This document shows, in pieces, positions 1 to 8,829 of a DNA stretch of 64,000 nucleotides. The stretch spans positions 1,720,203 to 1,784,202 of the forward strand of contig JBJBEO010000001.1 in assembly GCA_047284725.1 (NCBI GenBank). Direction: 5' to 3'. A program made the translations under genes and the position numbers. Every line of letters begins with the position of its first letter. The first letter of the stretch is position 1. The stretch is from Synechococcus sp. (GTDB lineage Bacteria > Cyanobacteriota > Cyanobacteriia > PCC-6307 > Cyanobiaceae). The notes below the pieces were generated by a model that was given only the letters and a program-made list of their open reading frames with translations, did not search any database and was not told where the DNA came from.

Positions 1-29
1 TGACTTCAGTCTCAGCCACCTGCCCCGAA

Positions 30-458
30 GGCTGCAATGCGCGATTGAACTGATTGCCCTGATCCGCGAACGCAGCAACACTGATGGCAACGAGATCGGA
101 GGCGCCGATGACGGCCGACACTCCACCCGAGCCCACACAAGAAGCACGCTGACTTTCTGGCCCCTGCTCCAACAGTTTTCACGCATTCGAGAGGGATTTG
201 CCCATCGGCAGGCACTGCATTCGGCTTCGCCACGTCGATCGGCCCTCCATCCGCACCGCCCGAGGTGCCCTAAGGAGTCACGTCACCCTCCCACCTAGGA
301 ACCTGGCCCCAGGCGCCAGAGCCAGTCGCTTCGATCCCTTCTCTTTTCAGTCCCTTTGCTTGAGGTTGCACAACCCAACGGCAACACTGAAAGTCGATCG
401 ATCGTGATGAACAAACGAGCGAGATAGGCCGCCTTGTCCATCGGGGGAAGACGGCCTC
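30..458 (-). ncRNA. Putative large structured ncRNA, diverged copy 1 (strand inferred)
   Basis: Colinear blocks shared with 63234-63677: GCAATGCGC, CGAGATCGGAGGCGC, GCCGACACTCCACC, CTGGCCCCTGCTCCAACAGTTT, GCAGGCACTG, GCACCGCCC, TGGCCCCAGG, AACGAGCGAG.TAGGCCG. Indels between copies break any common reading frame; one covarying hairpin. Confidence 0.65.
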
Positions 459-483
459 ACCACATCAGCCCAACGCTGATGGC

Positions 484-522
484 AACCCCCGCAGGTTTCC
501 ACCAACGAAGCCTGCGGGGGTT
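484..522 (-). terminator. GC-rich hairpin downstream of Nif11-like gene
   Basis: AACCCCCGCAGG (484-495) pairs with CCTGCGGGGGTT (511-522); no clear U tract. Confidence 0.45.
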
Positions 523-548
523 TGCTTGTGGCAGCCCTTGGAGGAGCG

Positions 549-764
549 TCAGTTGTATTCGCCGGGTGTTTCCTGCTTTGACACGGTGACCCGGCCCACC
601 TTCTGCCCCGAGAAGCGCAGCAATTCATCGCCGGAGAACTCATAGCCCAGGCCTGCAGCGATCTTGGCGACATCGTCGGCGGTGGACGCCGCCAACACGG
701 TCTGCTTGATCGACGCATCGTCTTGCATGCGCACGAGGAAGGCCTTCAACTGATCCAGAGCCAT
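549..764 (-). CDS. Nif11-like leader-peptide family protein
   Basis: MALDQLKAFL...DDVAKIAAGLGYEFSGDEL is a typical Nif11/ProcA leader pattern; Cys-free tail ending PGEYN. Confidence 0.85.
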   Translation of the reverse strand: MALDQLKAFLVRMQDDASIKQTVLAASTADDVAKIAAGLGYEFSGDELLRFSGQKVGRVTVSKQETPGEYN

Positions 765-1503
765 CAAAGGGAATGCAGCGTTCGCTAAGGCAGCGGACCA
801 CCATCATCGAGCCAAACGGATTTTGATCGAAGCCGGCCGCAAAGCGCAGGCCAAAGCATGGAACGGGCGATGAGAGCCCTCAACAATCAGGGTTCCCATG
901 GGTTGGGCGTGGGCAAGATCGAGCTTCATGGTGCGTTGGCAGAGCAGGCTTCAATCACCTGCAACTTCCATCAGTTTCCTCCTGTCATCCCCCCGCTGAC
1001 GACTCCCCATCCGGGGACACTTTGCTCAGACCGCCTTAGCGTGATCAGTAAGGATGAGCTCAATCACACCACATCAAGCGAGGAGCCGCTGAAACACTTC
1101 CAAACAGTGAAATGCCTTCTCAAACCAGGGGGTGACCAGCGGCCATGAACAGTGGCCCTCCCGATCAGGAGAATGCCGCCGAAGCTGCGCGGCCATACAA
1201 CCACTTCAACGCTTCGATCGGCCCGAGGTGAAGAGATCGGCATTTCGGTATCGCTTCCTGCTCGATGGTGGAGCGGAAATGACGATCACCATTGTTTCTT
1301 CAGTCAAGAGGTCATGCAGGAGCGAATGAAAGCCGCAGGCACCTGCAACTTGAACGGGATCATGCCCAGTTTCAGCGCTGCGGGGTCGAGCAGTTCTGTG
1401 CGCAGTACTGACGAGTGATCGATGGAGTGATCGATGCCCAGCCACCCTTTGCCCTGATCTCAGCGCAGTGCTGACAGAGTGCTGCCACAACCTCTTCAAC
1501 ACC

Positions 1504-1848
1504 ATGAACCAACCCAGCCGTGACCAGGTGCTCGCCGTTTCAGCCGGCTGGGTAGCCGTGATTCTGAATGTGCTGCCAGGACTAGGAGCCGGCTATCTGT
1601 ATCAACGCCGCTGGACCGCCTATTGGGTGACCTCGGCGTTGGCGACAGCCTGGTTTGTCGCTGGCGCCGCCCTGGGGGGCGGATTGGAAGGAGGCAGTGC
1701 AAACCCAACACCGCAGAACCAACTCATTGGCCTGATTGGTCTTGTTTTGCTCAGCACCATCACGGCGACAGACGCCGGCCTCGCAGTGAAACGGGTACGG
1801 GCTCGCCTGACAACGGAGGTCACGACAGCATCGACTCCACTTCAGTAA
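1504..1848 (+). CDS. Hypothetical membrane protein
   Basis: LNVLPGLGAGYLYQRRW motif and hydrophobic segments. Confidence 0.75.
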   Translation: MNQPSRDQVLAVSAGWVAVILNVLPGLGAGYLYQRRWTAYWVTSALATAWFVAGAALGGGLEGGSANPTPQNQLIGLIGLVLLSTITATDAGLAVKRVRARLTTEVTTASTPLQ

Positions 1849-2069
1849 TAACGACCGGGATATTCACCAGGGTGGTCGATACGGGTGACACGCACACCTC
1901 CAACGGAACGGCCAGACAACATGAGCAGATCACTCCCGGACACGGCGTACCCGAGGTCCTGGGCCAGAAGAGCCACCTGATCGGCCGTCATGGCTGCCTG
2001 CACCTTCGCCTGCAACAAGGGATCGCGGCTGAGATGGTCAAGAAAGCGTTGCAATGGTGTCGCCTCCAT
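1842..2069 (-). CDS. Nif11-like leader-peptide family protein
   Basis: LQRFLDHLSRDPLLQAKV...AQDLGYAVSGSDL; C-terminal PGEY shared with 549-764. Confidence 0.8.
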   Translation of the reverse strand: MEATPLQRFLDHLSRDPLLQAKVQAAMTADQVALLAQDLGYAVSGSDLLMLSGRSVGGVRVTRIDHPGEYPGRYY

Positions 2070-2444
2070 CCGCTCTCCAAAACTGATCGTTGATTCAACC
2101 TCATCCCCCATCCTTTGCACGGCAGAGAGCAACCTGACCGAAACGGTCTTGGCCCTGGTTCACACCTCGTTGGGAGGTGGACCTCTGCGGTCACTTCACC
2201 ACGACCGAATCACAGGACCTCGATCAGCTGGTCCCACCGAGGCCTTCTCGAATCCCCCACCGGACCTCATCGCCTCCTCAAGAGACCAACCGCTCCGCTG
2301 TGATCTGAGCATGAACCCGATGGCCATCTGCGCCAGCGAGGGCAGCAACGACCTCAAGTCAAGTCCAGGGGTTTCTTGACAGAGTTCATCAAGAATAAAG
2401 CACCCGGAACTTGACACTTAACCCCTGCTCAGATCAACACTGAA

Positions 2445-2570
2445 TCAGTGAAAAACTGCCAAGAAAGGAAAAGCGGTGACAACCACTGTGAGAACAATGA
2501 ACGACCAGATCAACATCAAACCGATACTGCGCTGATCAATCTCGTGGAGAGAAGGCGTACGCGTGGCCAT
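2445..2570 (-). CDS. Small single-TM protein (41 aa; below ORF-track cutoff)
   Basis: Translated by hand: MATRTPSLHEIDQRSIGLMLIWSFIVLTVVVTAFPFLAVFH*. Confidence 0.4.
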   Translation of the reverse strand: MATRTPSLHEIDQRSIGLMLIWSFIVLTVVVTAFPFLAVFH

Positions 2571-3008
2571 CGAAAAACTGCAACTACCCAAAGCCATAGC
2601 CACGATGAGCCGATCCCCACATCAGCAGATCCACTCACCCTCTTCACCCCCAAGCAGGGTGAAGCATGCTGTTCGGAATCAGAACGACTGCTCATAACAA
2701 TTTCGTCTTCAGAGCTTCGCCCAACCGAGCACCAGCTTCGACATCACCAGAAAGGCTTCATCACAGAAAGTATCGATAGTGATTGTCAGATCATGCTCCA
2801 CAGCCTGAGCAGCACCAGCAGGTAAAAACGCTTCACAAGCAATGCGCAACAACGGCAGCGCACGCAACCATCAAACAGCTGGTATGACCAGGCACGTTCC
2901 AGCGAACAGGACGCACTAAGTATCAACACCTAGACATGCCGCCATATGACTGATGAAGAAAATCCCGACATCAGGGGCATTCCCCCAACCGGTTCGCTTG
3001 AATATTTC

Positions 3009-3024
3009 TGTAGCAACAACTACA
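3009..3024. promoter_or_regulatory. NtcA binding site
   Basis: TGTAGCAACAACTACA = TGTA-N8-TACA, upstream of the DUF4278-like gene. Confidence 0.75.
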
Positions 3025-3033
3025 CATTGCCCA

Positions 3034-3090
3034 CCCTTCTCCACTGTTGGAGCCCAGTTCACCTCAGGCCATGAAACGAAGGCCTGAACT
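3034..3090 (+). promoter_or_regulatory. Glutamine-II ('downstream-peptide') riboswitch-like leader, possibly degenerate
   Basis: CTCAGGCCATGAAACGAAGGCCTGAAC resembles the CUCAGGCCAUGGAACGGGGACCUGAG core as recalled from memory; lies between NtcA box and DUF4278-like ORF, the usual context. Confidence 0.55.
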
Positions 3091-3106
3091 ATCGATGGAA
3101 CGACCT

Positions 3107-3541
3107 ATGACCACTCTTCTCTATCGAGGTAAAACGTACGAAACTCATCACGAGCCTGCCCCGAGGGCTTGCCGTGAGTTGAACTACCACCAGCAGCACT
3201 ACAACACTTGCCGCGAACAGATCGCCAAGCGTGATCTCCACCCGCATCTGAACTATCGCGGGATTGCCTACACCAAAAACGCACAGACCATAGAAAGTGC
3301 GAATGCGGAAGCGCGGATGCGCAACGATCGCCAGGCCTATCTGACCATCGCCCGCGACCTCGCTGAGGCCCAGTTTCAACGGGGCGATGCGGAACTCTCA
3401 GACCGCCTCTGGGAGGAAGCAGGAGATCGCGACATGGATATTGAGCGCATCACACATCTTCTCTACGGATGCTGGTTCCAGGACGACGCTGAAGCCATGC
3501 GGGAAGCCGACGAGAATTACCTGGCTGCCCATCACTCCTAA
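3107..3541 (+). CDS. DUF4278-like protein with C-terminal extension
   Basis: MTTLLYRGKTY...LNYRGIAYTK repeats typical of DUF4278. Confidence 0.75.
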   Translation: MTTLLYRGKTYETHHEPAPRACRELNYHQQHYNTCREQIAKRDLHPHLNYRGIAYTKNAQTIESANAEARMRNDRQAYLTIARDLAEAQFQRGDAELSDRLWEEAGDRDMDIERITHLLYGCWFQDDAEAMREADENYLAAHHS

Positions 3542-3618
3542 ACACCCCCAAGCAGCACATCACCAACTCCGCTCCAAGCAACAGCGCTGCAGCGGAGTTG
3601 GTGAACCCTCAAAGCACT

Positions 3619-3819
3619 TCATCCACGCCAGGTGGGAACGCCATCCGAGAACAAAGCACCACGTTGAGTCCATAACTGCGATGGCTCGATCTTGAGCCCA
3701 TGCTCTGCGCAGAAACGAGATGCCTCCATCGTTGTCATCTTGGTGTGAAGCCCCTGAGCGAACACAGGATCCTTCTTGATGCGCGCCTTCAAGAGCCCGA
3801 TTGGTGTTGAAACAGTCAT
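3619..3819 (-). CDS. Divergent Nif11-like small protein
   Basis: IKKDPVFAQGL...EASRFCAEHGLKIEPSQL resembles the Nif11 pattern. Confidence 0.55.
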   Translation of the reverse strand: MTVSTPIGLLKARIKKDPVFAQGLHTKMTTMEASRFCAEHGLKIEPSQLWTQRGALFSDGVPTWRG

Positions 3820-3858
3820 GACGCACCTCGAGAAACGAAAAAGTACGAGAGCAGTGAT

Positions 3859-4068
3859 TCAGTTGTGCAACGGATGAGCAGTTAGCCAACACAATGGCAA
3901 CGTCTCACCAGAAGGAAAAAGCAACTCACCTTTGGCAAAGACTTCTGGATCCTGGAGCTCTTCCCCAGCATGAAGACGACCTTCGAGGGAGACCTCGAAG
4001 GGATTGATCAACTGATCCATGGCGAGAACCTCCACCAGAGATCCATCACTCTTTGTTTTTAAAAACAT
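3859..4068 (-). CDS. Conserved small cyanobacterial protein (HAGEELQDPE/FPSGE family)
   Basis: Recognisable motif GRLHAGEELQDPEVFAKGELLFPSGETLPLCW. Confidence 0.85.
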   Translation of the reverse strand: MFLKTKSDGSLVEVLAMDQLINPFEVSLEGRLHAGEELQDPEVFAKGELLFPSGETLPLCWLTAHPLHN

Positions 4069-4361
4069 GGCAGCCCACCTCTCGTTTTCAGCCTTAACAA
4101 CAAGCTAGGAGGATGCGATAGCAGCGTCATTAGGTACGAATCCCCTTCTCTACGCAAACCAGCAGATGCCCATGGGAGAGGCGTCGTGCTCCCTCCGCGA
4201 TCAACGCTCCCCTCGGCGGGGCGCGGGCCGGCTGCGCAGGAGACAGGATCAGCCCATCGCTCCACGACCCTGCAAACACGAGCGGGGCAACCATCCACCA
4301 CCAAGCCGGCAACAACAAAAACCAGAGACCGTGATCGCAAAACTGCCCTGGACCCGCCATC

Positions 4362-4381
4362 ATGTAACGAATTCGTTACAT
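4362..4381. promoter_or_regulatory. Perfect 20-bp palindrome, putative operator
   Basis: ATGTAACGAA|TTCGTTACAT, 7 bp before the ATG at 4389. Confidence 0.55.
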
Positions 4382-4388
4382 CATTCTC

Positions 4389-4646
4389 ATGACTGTGGGT
4401 GAGGTCTTCCTGGAATCACTCTCTTCAGGAGTGATCACGGAAAGCGAGATGGGTTGGCTCACCGCCAACCAGGCCGGCTTCAGCCGCACGGAAGAAGCCA
4501 CGGCACTACGCCTCGGCCGCCTGATCGACGAAGGCAGCATCAACATCGGCTGCCGCATGCCTCGATCCACGTCCAGGCGCCATCAATTGGCCGATGAATG
4601 GCTGGAAACCCTGGGCCGTCGCCGTCGCCACGCGAATCGCAGATAG
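4389..4646 (+). CDS. Conserved hypothetical picocyanobacterial protein
   Basis: MTVGEVFLESLSSGVIT...FSRTEEATALRLGRLIDEG family pattern. Confidence 0.8.
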   Translation: MTVGEVFLESLSSGVITESEMGWLTANQAGFSRTEEATALRLGRLIDEGSINIGCRMPRSTSRRHQLADEWLETLGRRRRHANRR

Positions 4647-4671
4647 GGCCTAAACGCAGATAGGGCCTAAA
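4638..4671. repeat. 17-bp tandem duplication
   Basis: CGCAGATAGGGCCTAAA at 4638-4654 and 4655-4671. Confidence 0.9.
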
Positions 4672-4763
4672 CAATGATCAGAACCCCCTGACCCCAAAGG
4701 TTTTCAGGGAATGCGGTCGCCCTGATCTCCTCTGGCTACGGTTCCGGCATCCGCCCCTGTGCG

Positions 4764-5129
4764 ATGGCTGCGATCCGTCTGCTGGAGCTGCTGATCCTGC
4801 TGGCGATGCTGAGCGGCTTCCTCGGGTTGCTGCTGCATCGCAACCTGTTTCTGAAGGTGCTCTCCATGGATGTACTGGGCAGTGCCGTGGTGGCGCTGTT
4901 CGTTCTGGTGGCTGCTCGCACCGGACTACGCAGTCCGATCCTGTCGACCCCTGACGCCGGCACCGCCTTGTCGGCGATCTTTCTCAACAGCACCGCCGAT
5001 GCCATCCCGCAGGCGGTGATTCTCACCGCGATCGTGATCGGCCTCTCGATTCAGGCCCTGCTGCTGGTGGTGATCAGCCGCCTGGCCCGCTTCGACCCCG
5101 TGCTGGACGTGCGCAGTTTCGAGCAATGA
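4764..5129 (+). CDS. mrpC: Mrp Na+/H+ antiporter subunit C
   Basis: ADAIPQAVILTAIVIG motif; hydrophobic helices. Confidence 0.9.
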   Translation: MAAIRLLELLILLAMLSGFLGLLLHRNLFLKVLSMDVLGSAVVALFVLVAARTGLRSPILSTPDAGTALSAIFLNSTADAIPQAVILTAIVIGLSIQALLLVVISRLARFDPVLDVRSFEQ

Positions 5130-6610
5130 ACGCCCTGCTCACTCCAGCGGTGCTGATCAGCTGGTTGCTGGCGCCCTATCTGGTGGCCTTTCTCGGTGCC
5201 CTGCTGCCGGCCCTTGGGGAAGTCCCCTTCCTGCTGTGTTGCCTGGCCACTGGCCTGATCGGGGCCCATGGCCTGATCGATGGCGACGTGCGCACCCTGA
5301 TGCTGCTGGGGGACCACGGAGTGATGTTGCAGTTCGACCCGATCGCCGCCTGGTTCCTGCTTCTGAACGCCCTGGTGATGATGGCGGTACGCCTCGACCA
5401 GTGGCGCGATCCAGGACGCTGTTCTCCCCTGCTGCCGGCGGTGCTGCTGGGGGGGCTCAACACCTGCTTCGTGGTGAGCGATCTGATCAGCCTGTACGTG
5501 GCCCTCGAGGTGGTGGGCATTGCGGCGTTTCTCCTGATCCAGCGGGATGGCTCGCAACGGATGCTGTGGATCGGTCTGCGCTACCTGCTGATCAGCAACA
5601 CAGCGATGACGCTTTATCTCGTGGGTGCGGGTCTGGCCTATGCCGTGACCGGCAGCTTCCGCTTCAGCTCCCTGACGGCCTTGCCTCTGGGCGCGGCGGA
5701 AGTGCTGCTGCTGCTGGGGCTGATCACCAAAGCAGGCCTGTTCCTGCCCGGACTGTGGCTCCCCCGCAGCCACGCGGAGGCGCCGTCGGACGTCTCAGCA
5801 CTGCTGTCAGGGGTGGTGGTCACCGGTGGGGCTGCCCCCCTTCTGCATCTGGCTGCAGTGGACGCCTCCCTGCTGCCGCTGCTGCGCATGGTCGGACTCG
5901 GCAGCACGGTGTTCGGAATCGGGCAGGCCCTGGCGGCCGCAGATCTGAAACGGCTTCTGGCCTGGAGCACGGTGTCGCAGATGGGGCTGGTGGTGCTGTC
6001 GCCCATGACGGGCGGCGCGGTGGCCCTGGCCCATGGGCTCGCCAAGGCACCGCTGTTCCTGATGGCAGGCCGCATCCAGCAACGCCAACTGCGGGGCTGG
6101 CAGGACCGGAGTCTGCCCTTGAGCCTGCAACTGCCGCTCTGGATCGGCTCGCTGTCGATCGCCGGTGCTCCTCTGCTGGCGGGCTTCAGCGCCAAGAAAG
6201 AACTCGATGCCACCCTGCCGGCGTTCTGGGCCGCAGCCGCCATGCTCTCCGGCATCGGCAGCGTGGCGCTCTTCGCCCGGATCTGGGGGGCGCCAGTGCA
6301 GACCGGCGACAGCAACCATCGTTCACAGCTGGGCAACGGCCTGCCGCTGGGCAGCAGCCTGTTGCTGGTGGTGGTCGTGGGTGGTGGCCTGCTGGGCGCG
6401 GCCAGAGGCCTGCTCACACCGCTCGACCTGCTGACGACGGCCCTGCTGTTCGCCGCGGGGCTCGGCCTCCACCTGCTGCTGCAACGACCGCGACAGACGA
6501 TCGCCGAACGGATCCCCCAGCTGGAATCCCTGCAGGATCTGATCGGCAACATCGCCGTGGTGGGAGCGGCCCTGCTGCTGGCGGTGAACCTGATGGAGGC
6601 CCGGGGATGA
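5126..6610 (+). CDS. mrpD: Mrp antiporter subunit D
   Basis: LYVALE, KAGLF..LWLPRSHAEAPSDVSALLSG, DLKRLLAWSTVSQMG, HGLAKAPLF. Confidence 0.9.
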   Translation: MNALLTPAVLISWLLAPYLVAFLGALLPALGEVPFLLCCLATGLIGAHGLIDGDVRTLMLLGDHGVMLQFDPIAAWFLLLNALVMMAVRLDQWRDPGRCSPLLPAVLLGGLNTCFVVSDLISLYVALEVVGIAAFLLIQRDGSQRMLWIGLRYLLISNTAMTLYLVGAGLAYAVTGSFRFSSLTALPLGAAEVLLLLGLITKAGLFLPGLWLPRSHAEAPSDVSALLSGVVVTGGAAPLLHLAAVDASLLPLLRMVGLGSTVFGIGQALAAADLKRLLAWSTVSQMGLVVLSPMTGGAVALAHGLAKAPLFLMAGRIQQRQLRGWQDRSLPLSLQLPLWIGSLSIAGAPLLAGFSAKKELDATLPAFWAAAAMLSGIGSVALFARIWGAPVQTGDSNHRSQLGNGLPLGSSLLLVVVVGGGLLGAARGLLTPLDLLTTALLFAAGLGLHLLLQRPRQTIAERIPQLESLQDLIGNIAVVGAALLLAVNLMEARG

Positions 6611-7041
6611 CGCTCCTGCTCAGCACCAGCTTCCGACTTCTGCTCTGGGTGTTCCTCACCGGGGATCTGCGGCTGCTCAACCTGGTGATCGGACTCGGCG
6701 TGGCCCTGCTGCTGCCCCGTGACACCCACGTCCGAGAACCGCTGATGCCGTTTCTGCGGGCTCTGGGGAGCAGCCTGGTCGCCATTCCCACTGCCTATGG
6801 CGAGGCCCTGGCGCTGATCGTCGCCAATGGCCGGGAACAGGTCGACTGCACCCAGAAACAGATCAGCGCCCACGCCAGCTCCCGGGTGGTGTTTCTGGAG
6901 CTGCTGGCGATCACGATCACCCCATTCACGCTGGTGCTGGATCTGCATCGCATCCACCCCGCCCAGCCCGACAGTCCGATGAGCTTCCGCATTCATCGTC
7001 TGCAGCCCAAGGCCAGACCGCAGATGGGGAGGGAGGACTGA
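6607..7041 (+). CDS. mrpE: Mrp antiporter subunit E
   Basis: LLLWVFLTGD...NLVIGL; ITITPFTLV motif; ATGA overlap with mrpD. Confidence 0.8.
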   Translation: MTLLLSTSFRLLLWVFLTGDLRLLNLVIGLGVALLLPRDTHVREPLMPFLRALGSSLVAIPTAYGEALALIVANGREQVDCTQKQISAHASSRVVFLELLAITITPFTLVLDLHRIHPAQPDSPMSFRIHRLQPKARPQMGRED

Positions 7042-7289
7042 TGACCTTGATCAGCTGGGGGATGGTGCTGGCGCTGATGCTTCCCATCGCGTTGCTCTGC
7101 CGGCAATGCAGCACCTGGGAGCGGCTGGCCGCGTTTGGCAGCATCAGCACCAAAGTGGCGCTGCTGGCGTTGATGGTCGCGGTGATGCGCGGGGATCGGA
7201 TGCTGGCCCTGGTGGGCACGCTGATGATCAGCGCCGGGGATGCGGGAATGCTGCTGCTGGCACGGCTGCTGGAGGAGCACGAACGATGA
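7041..7289 (+). CDS. mrpF: Mrp antiporter subunit F
   Basis: Small hydrophobic protein, WERLAAF; operon position. Confidence 0.75.
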   Translation: MTLISWGMVLALMLPIALLCRQCSTWERLAAFGSISTKVALLALMVAVMRGDRMLALVGTLMISAGDAGMLLLARLLEEHER

Positions 7290-7573
7290 CGACCGCTGGC
7301 AACGAAGGGCTGAGCTTGATGCTGCTGGGCAGCGGACTGCTGCTCTGGTTCTGGGGCAGCTGGCCCCTGCTGGAACGGCAGTCGTTGCTGGTGAGGCTGC
7401 ACAAACTCACCGTGGCCGACTCCCTCGGCTCCCTGCTGATGATGGTCGGGCTGCTGATGCGCCGCCCCGACTGGTGGCCCCTGCTCAGCCTGGCGATCCT
7501 GGGGCTGCTGCTGTGGAGCACGATCTTCGGCTACGTGGTGGCGGCAGGGGTTCACCGCCGTCCGGGAGCCTGA
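7286..7573 (+). CDS. mrpG: Mrp antiporter subunit G
   Basis: RLHKLTVADSLGS motif. Confidence 0.85.
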   Translation: MTTAGNEGLSLMLLGSGLLLWFWGSWPLLERQSLLVRLHKLTVADSLGSLLMMVGLLMRRPDWWPLLSLAILGLLLWSTIFGYVVAAGVHRRPGA

Positions 7574-7577
7574 GGCG

Positions 7578-8165
7578 ATGACGATGCCCACGAATCCGGC
7601 GCTGTTCGATCTCGATGGCTCGCTGGGGTTGCTGTTGCCGATCGGAGCCCTGCTGCCTCTGGTGGGCGTGCTGATGGTGAGCCAGACCAATCCCTATCAA
7701 ACGCTGATGCTCCGCGGCGTGTTCGGCTCAGTGGCGACCCTGCTGTATGTGCTGCTGGGCGCCCCGGATGTGGCGCTCACCGAAGCGATGGTGGGCACCC
7801 TGCTCTCCACGACCCTCTACGTGATCGCCCTGCGCTCATCGATGACGTTGCGCCTGGAGGATCGACGCAGCTGGCAGATGTCGACAAGCGCCGATGCTGC
7901 CGACTGCACGGACCCCGATCTGGACCACCTCAGTCGCTGGCTGCAGCCTCTGCATCTGCGGCTGCGCTTGGTGCGCGACGGCGAAGCCCCCCATGGCTGG
8001 CTCGACGATGAACGGCATCTGGTGATTCGCCATCCCCATCTGGAACAGCATCTGAGGGATCAACCCGGCCACCAGCACTGGGTGGAGCAGGGCGGCAGTC
8101 TGCGGCTGAGCCCGGACGCCCGGAGCCCAGCCGCAGGTGCGGCGGCGGAGGCGGTGGGGCCATGA
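7578..8165 (+). CDS. DUF4040/MrpB-related antiporter subunit
   Basis: LGAPDVALTEAMVGT motif. Confidence 0.85.
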   Translation: MTMPTNPALFDLDGSLGLLLPIGALLPLVGVLMVSQTNPYQTLMLRGVFGSVATLLYVLLGAPDVALTEAMVGTLLSTTLYVIALRSSMTLRLEDRRSWQMSTSADAADCTDPDLDHLSRWLQPLHLRLRLVRDGEAPHGWLDDERHLVIRHPHLEQHLRDQPGHQHWVEQGGSLRLSPDARSPAAGAAAEAVGP

Positions 8166-8821
8166 CCTGGCTGTATGTGCTGGCAAGCGTGGTGCTGTTC
8201 GCAGCGCCGCTGGCGGGCCCCTTGGCCCAGACCTCCGGCATGGCCCCGGTGATGCAGGCCCTGGCGGAGCAGACCGGCGTGCCCAATCTCGTGTCGGGCG
8301 TGATCCTGGAGACCCGTCTGTTCGACACCATCGGCGAGGTGGTGGTTTTCACCCTGGCCTCGATCGGCGTGCGTCAGCTGTTCAGCGATGAAACGAAGCG
8401 CCACAGCATCCGCAGCCTCACCGACCTGCCCTCACGGGTGGTCTGTGAACAGGTCGCCACAATTTCATCGCTGGTGGCGGTGGAGATGGCACTGCGCGGC
8501 CACCTCAGCCCCGGCGGTGGCTTCGCTGCCGGCGTGGCCGGCGGCACGGCGATCGGCCTGGTGCTGATCAGTGGCGGCAGCCGCTTCACCGCCAAGCTGC
8601 ACAAACGCTGGCATGCCGACCGCTGGGAGAAGGCCGCCGTGCTGGGCTTCGTGCTGTTGGCGTTGCTCTCTCTGGAGGGAATCGCCCCTGGACTGGGACG
8701 TTTCGGTGAGCTGCTCAGTGGCGGCTGGATTCCGCTGCTCAACCTGCTGGTGGCCCTGAAGGTGACCCTTGGCTCCTGGGCCATGGTGCAGCGCTTCATC
8801 CAATACCGCGGTCTGCTGTAG
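8162..8821 (+). CDS. mrpB: Mrp antiporter subunit B
   Basis: RLFDTIGEV and GHLSPGGGFAAG motifs. Confidence 0.9.
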   Translation: MTWLYVLASVVLFAAPLAGPLAQTSGMAPVMQALAEQTGVPNLVSGVILETRLFDTIGEVVVFTLASIGVRQLFSDETKRHSIRSLTDLPSRVVCEQVATISSLVAVEMALRGHLSPGGGFAAGVAGGTAIGLVLISGGSRFTAKLHKRWHADRWEKAAVLGFVLLALLSLEGIAPGLGRFGELLSGGWIPLLNLLVALKVTLGSWAMVQRFIQYRGLL

Positions 8822-8829
8822 ACGAACGC

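Noticed and set aside
858..1505. Several short overlapping ORFs
   Set aside because: No recognisable motifs; I cannot tell which frame, if any, is real.
549..2069. Prochlorosin/lanthipeptide cluster
   Set aside because: Cores lack Cys and there is no LanM in the window.
4638..4671. Tandem 17-mer as a CRISPR remnant
   Set aside because: No spacer, only two units, no cas genes.
5236..6606. Long alternative-frame and antisense ORFs over mrpD (also over mscS, ggt, adh, P450)
   Set aside because: Shadow ORFs of high-GC coding sequence; only 6607-7041 of the 601-aa ORF is mrpE.
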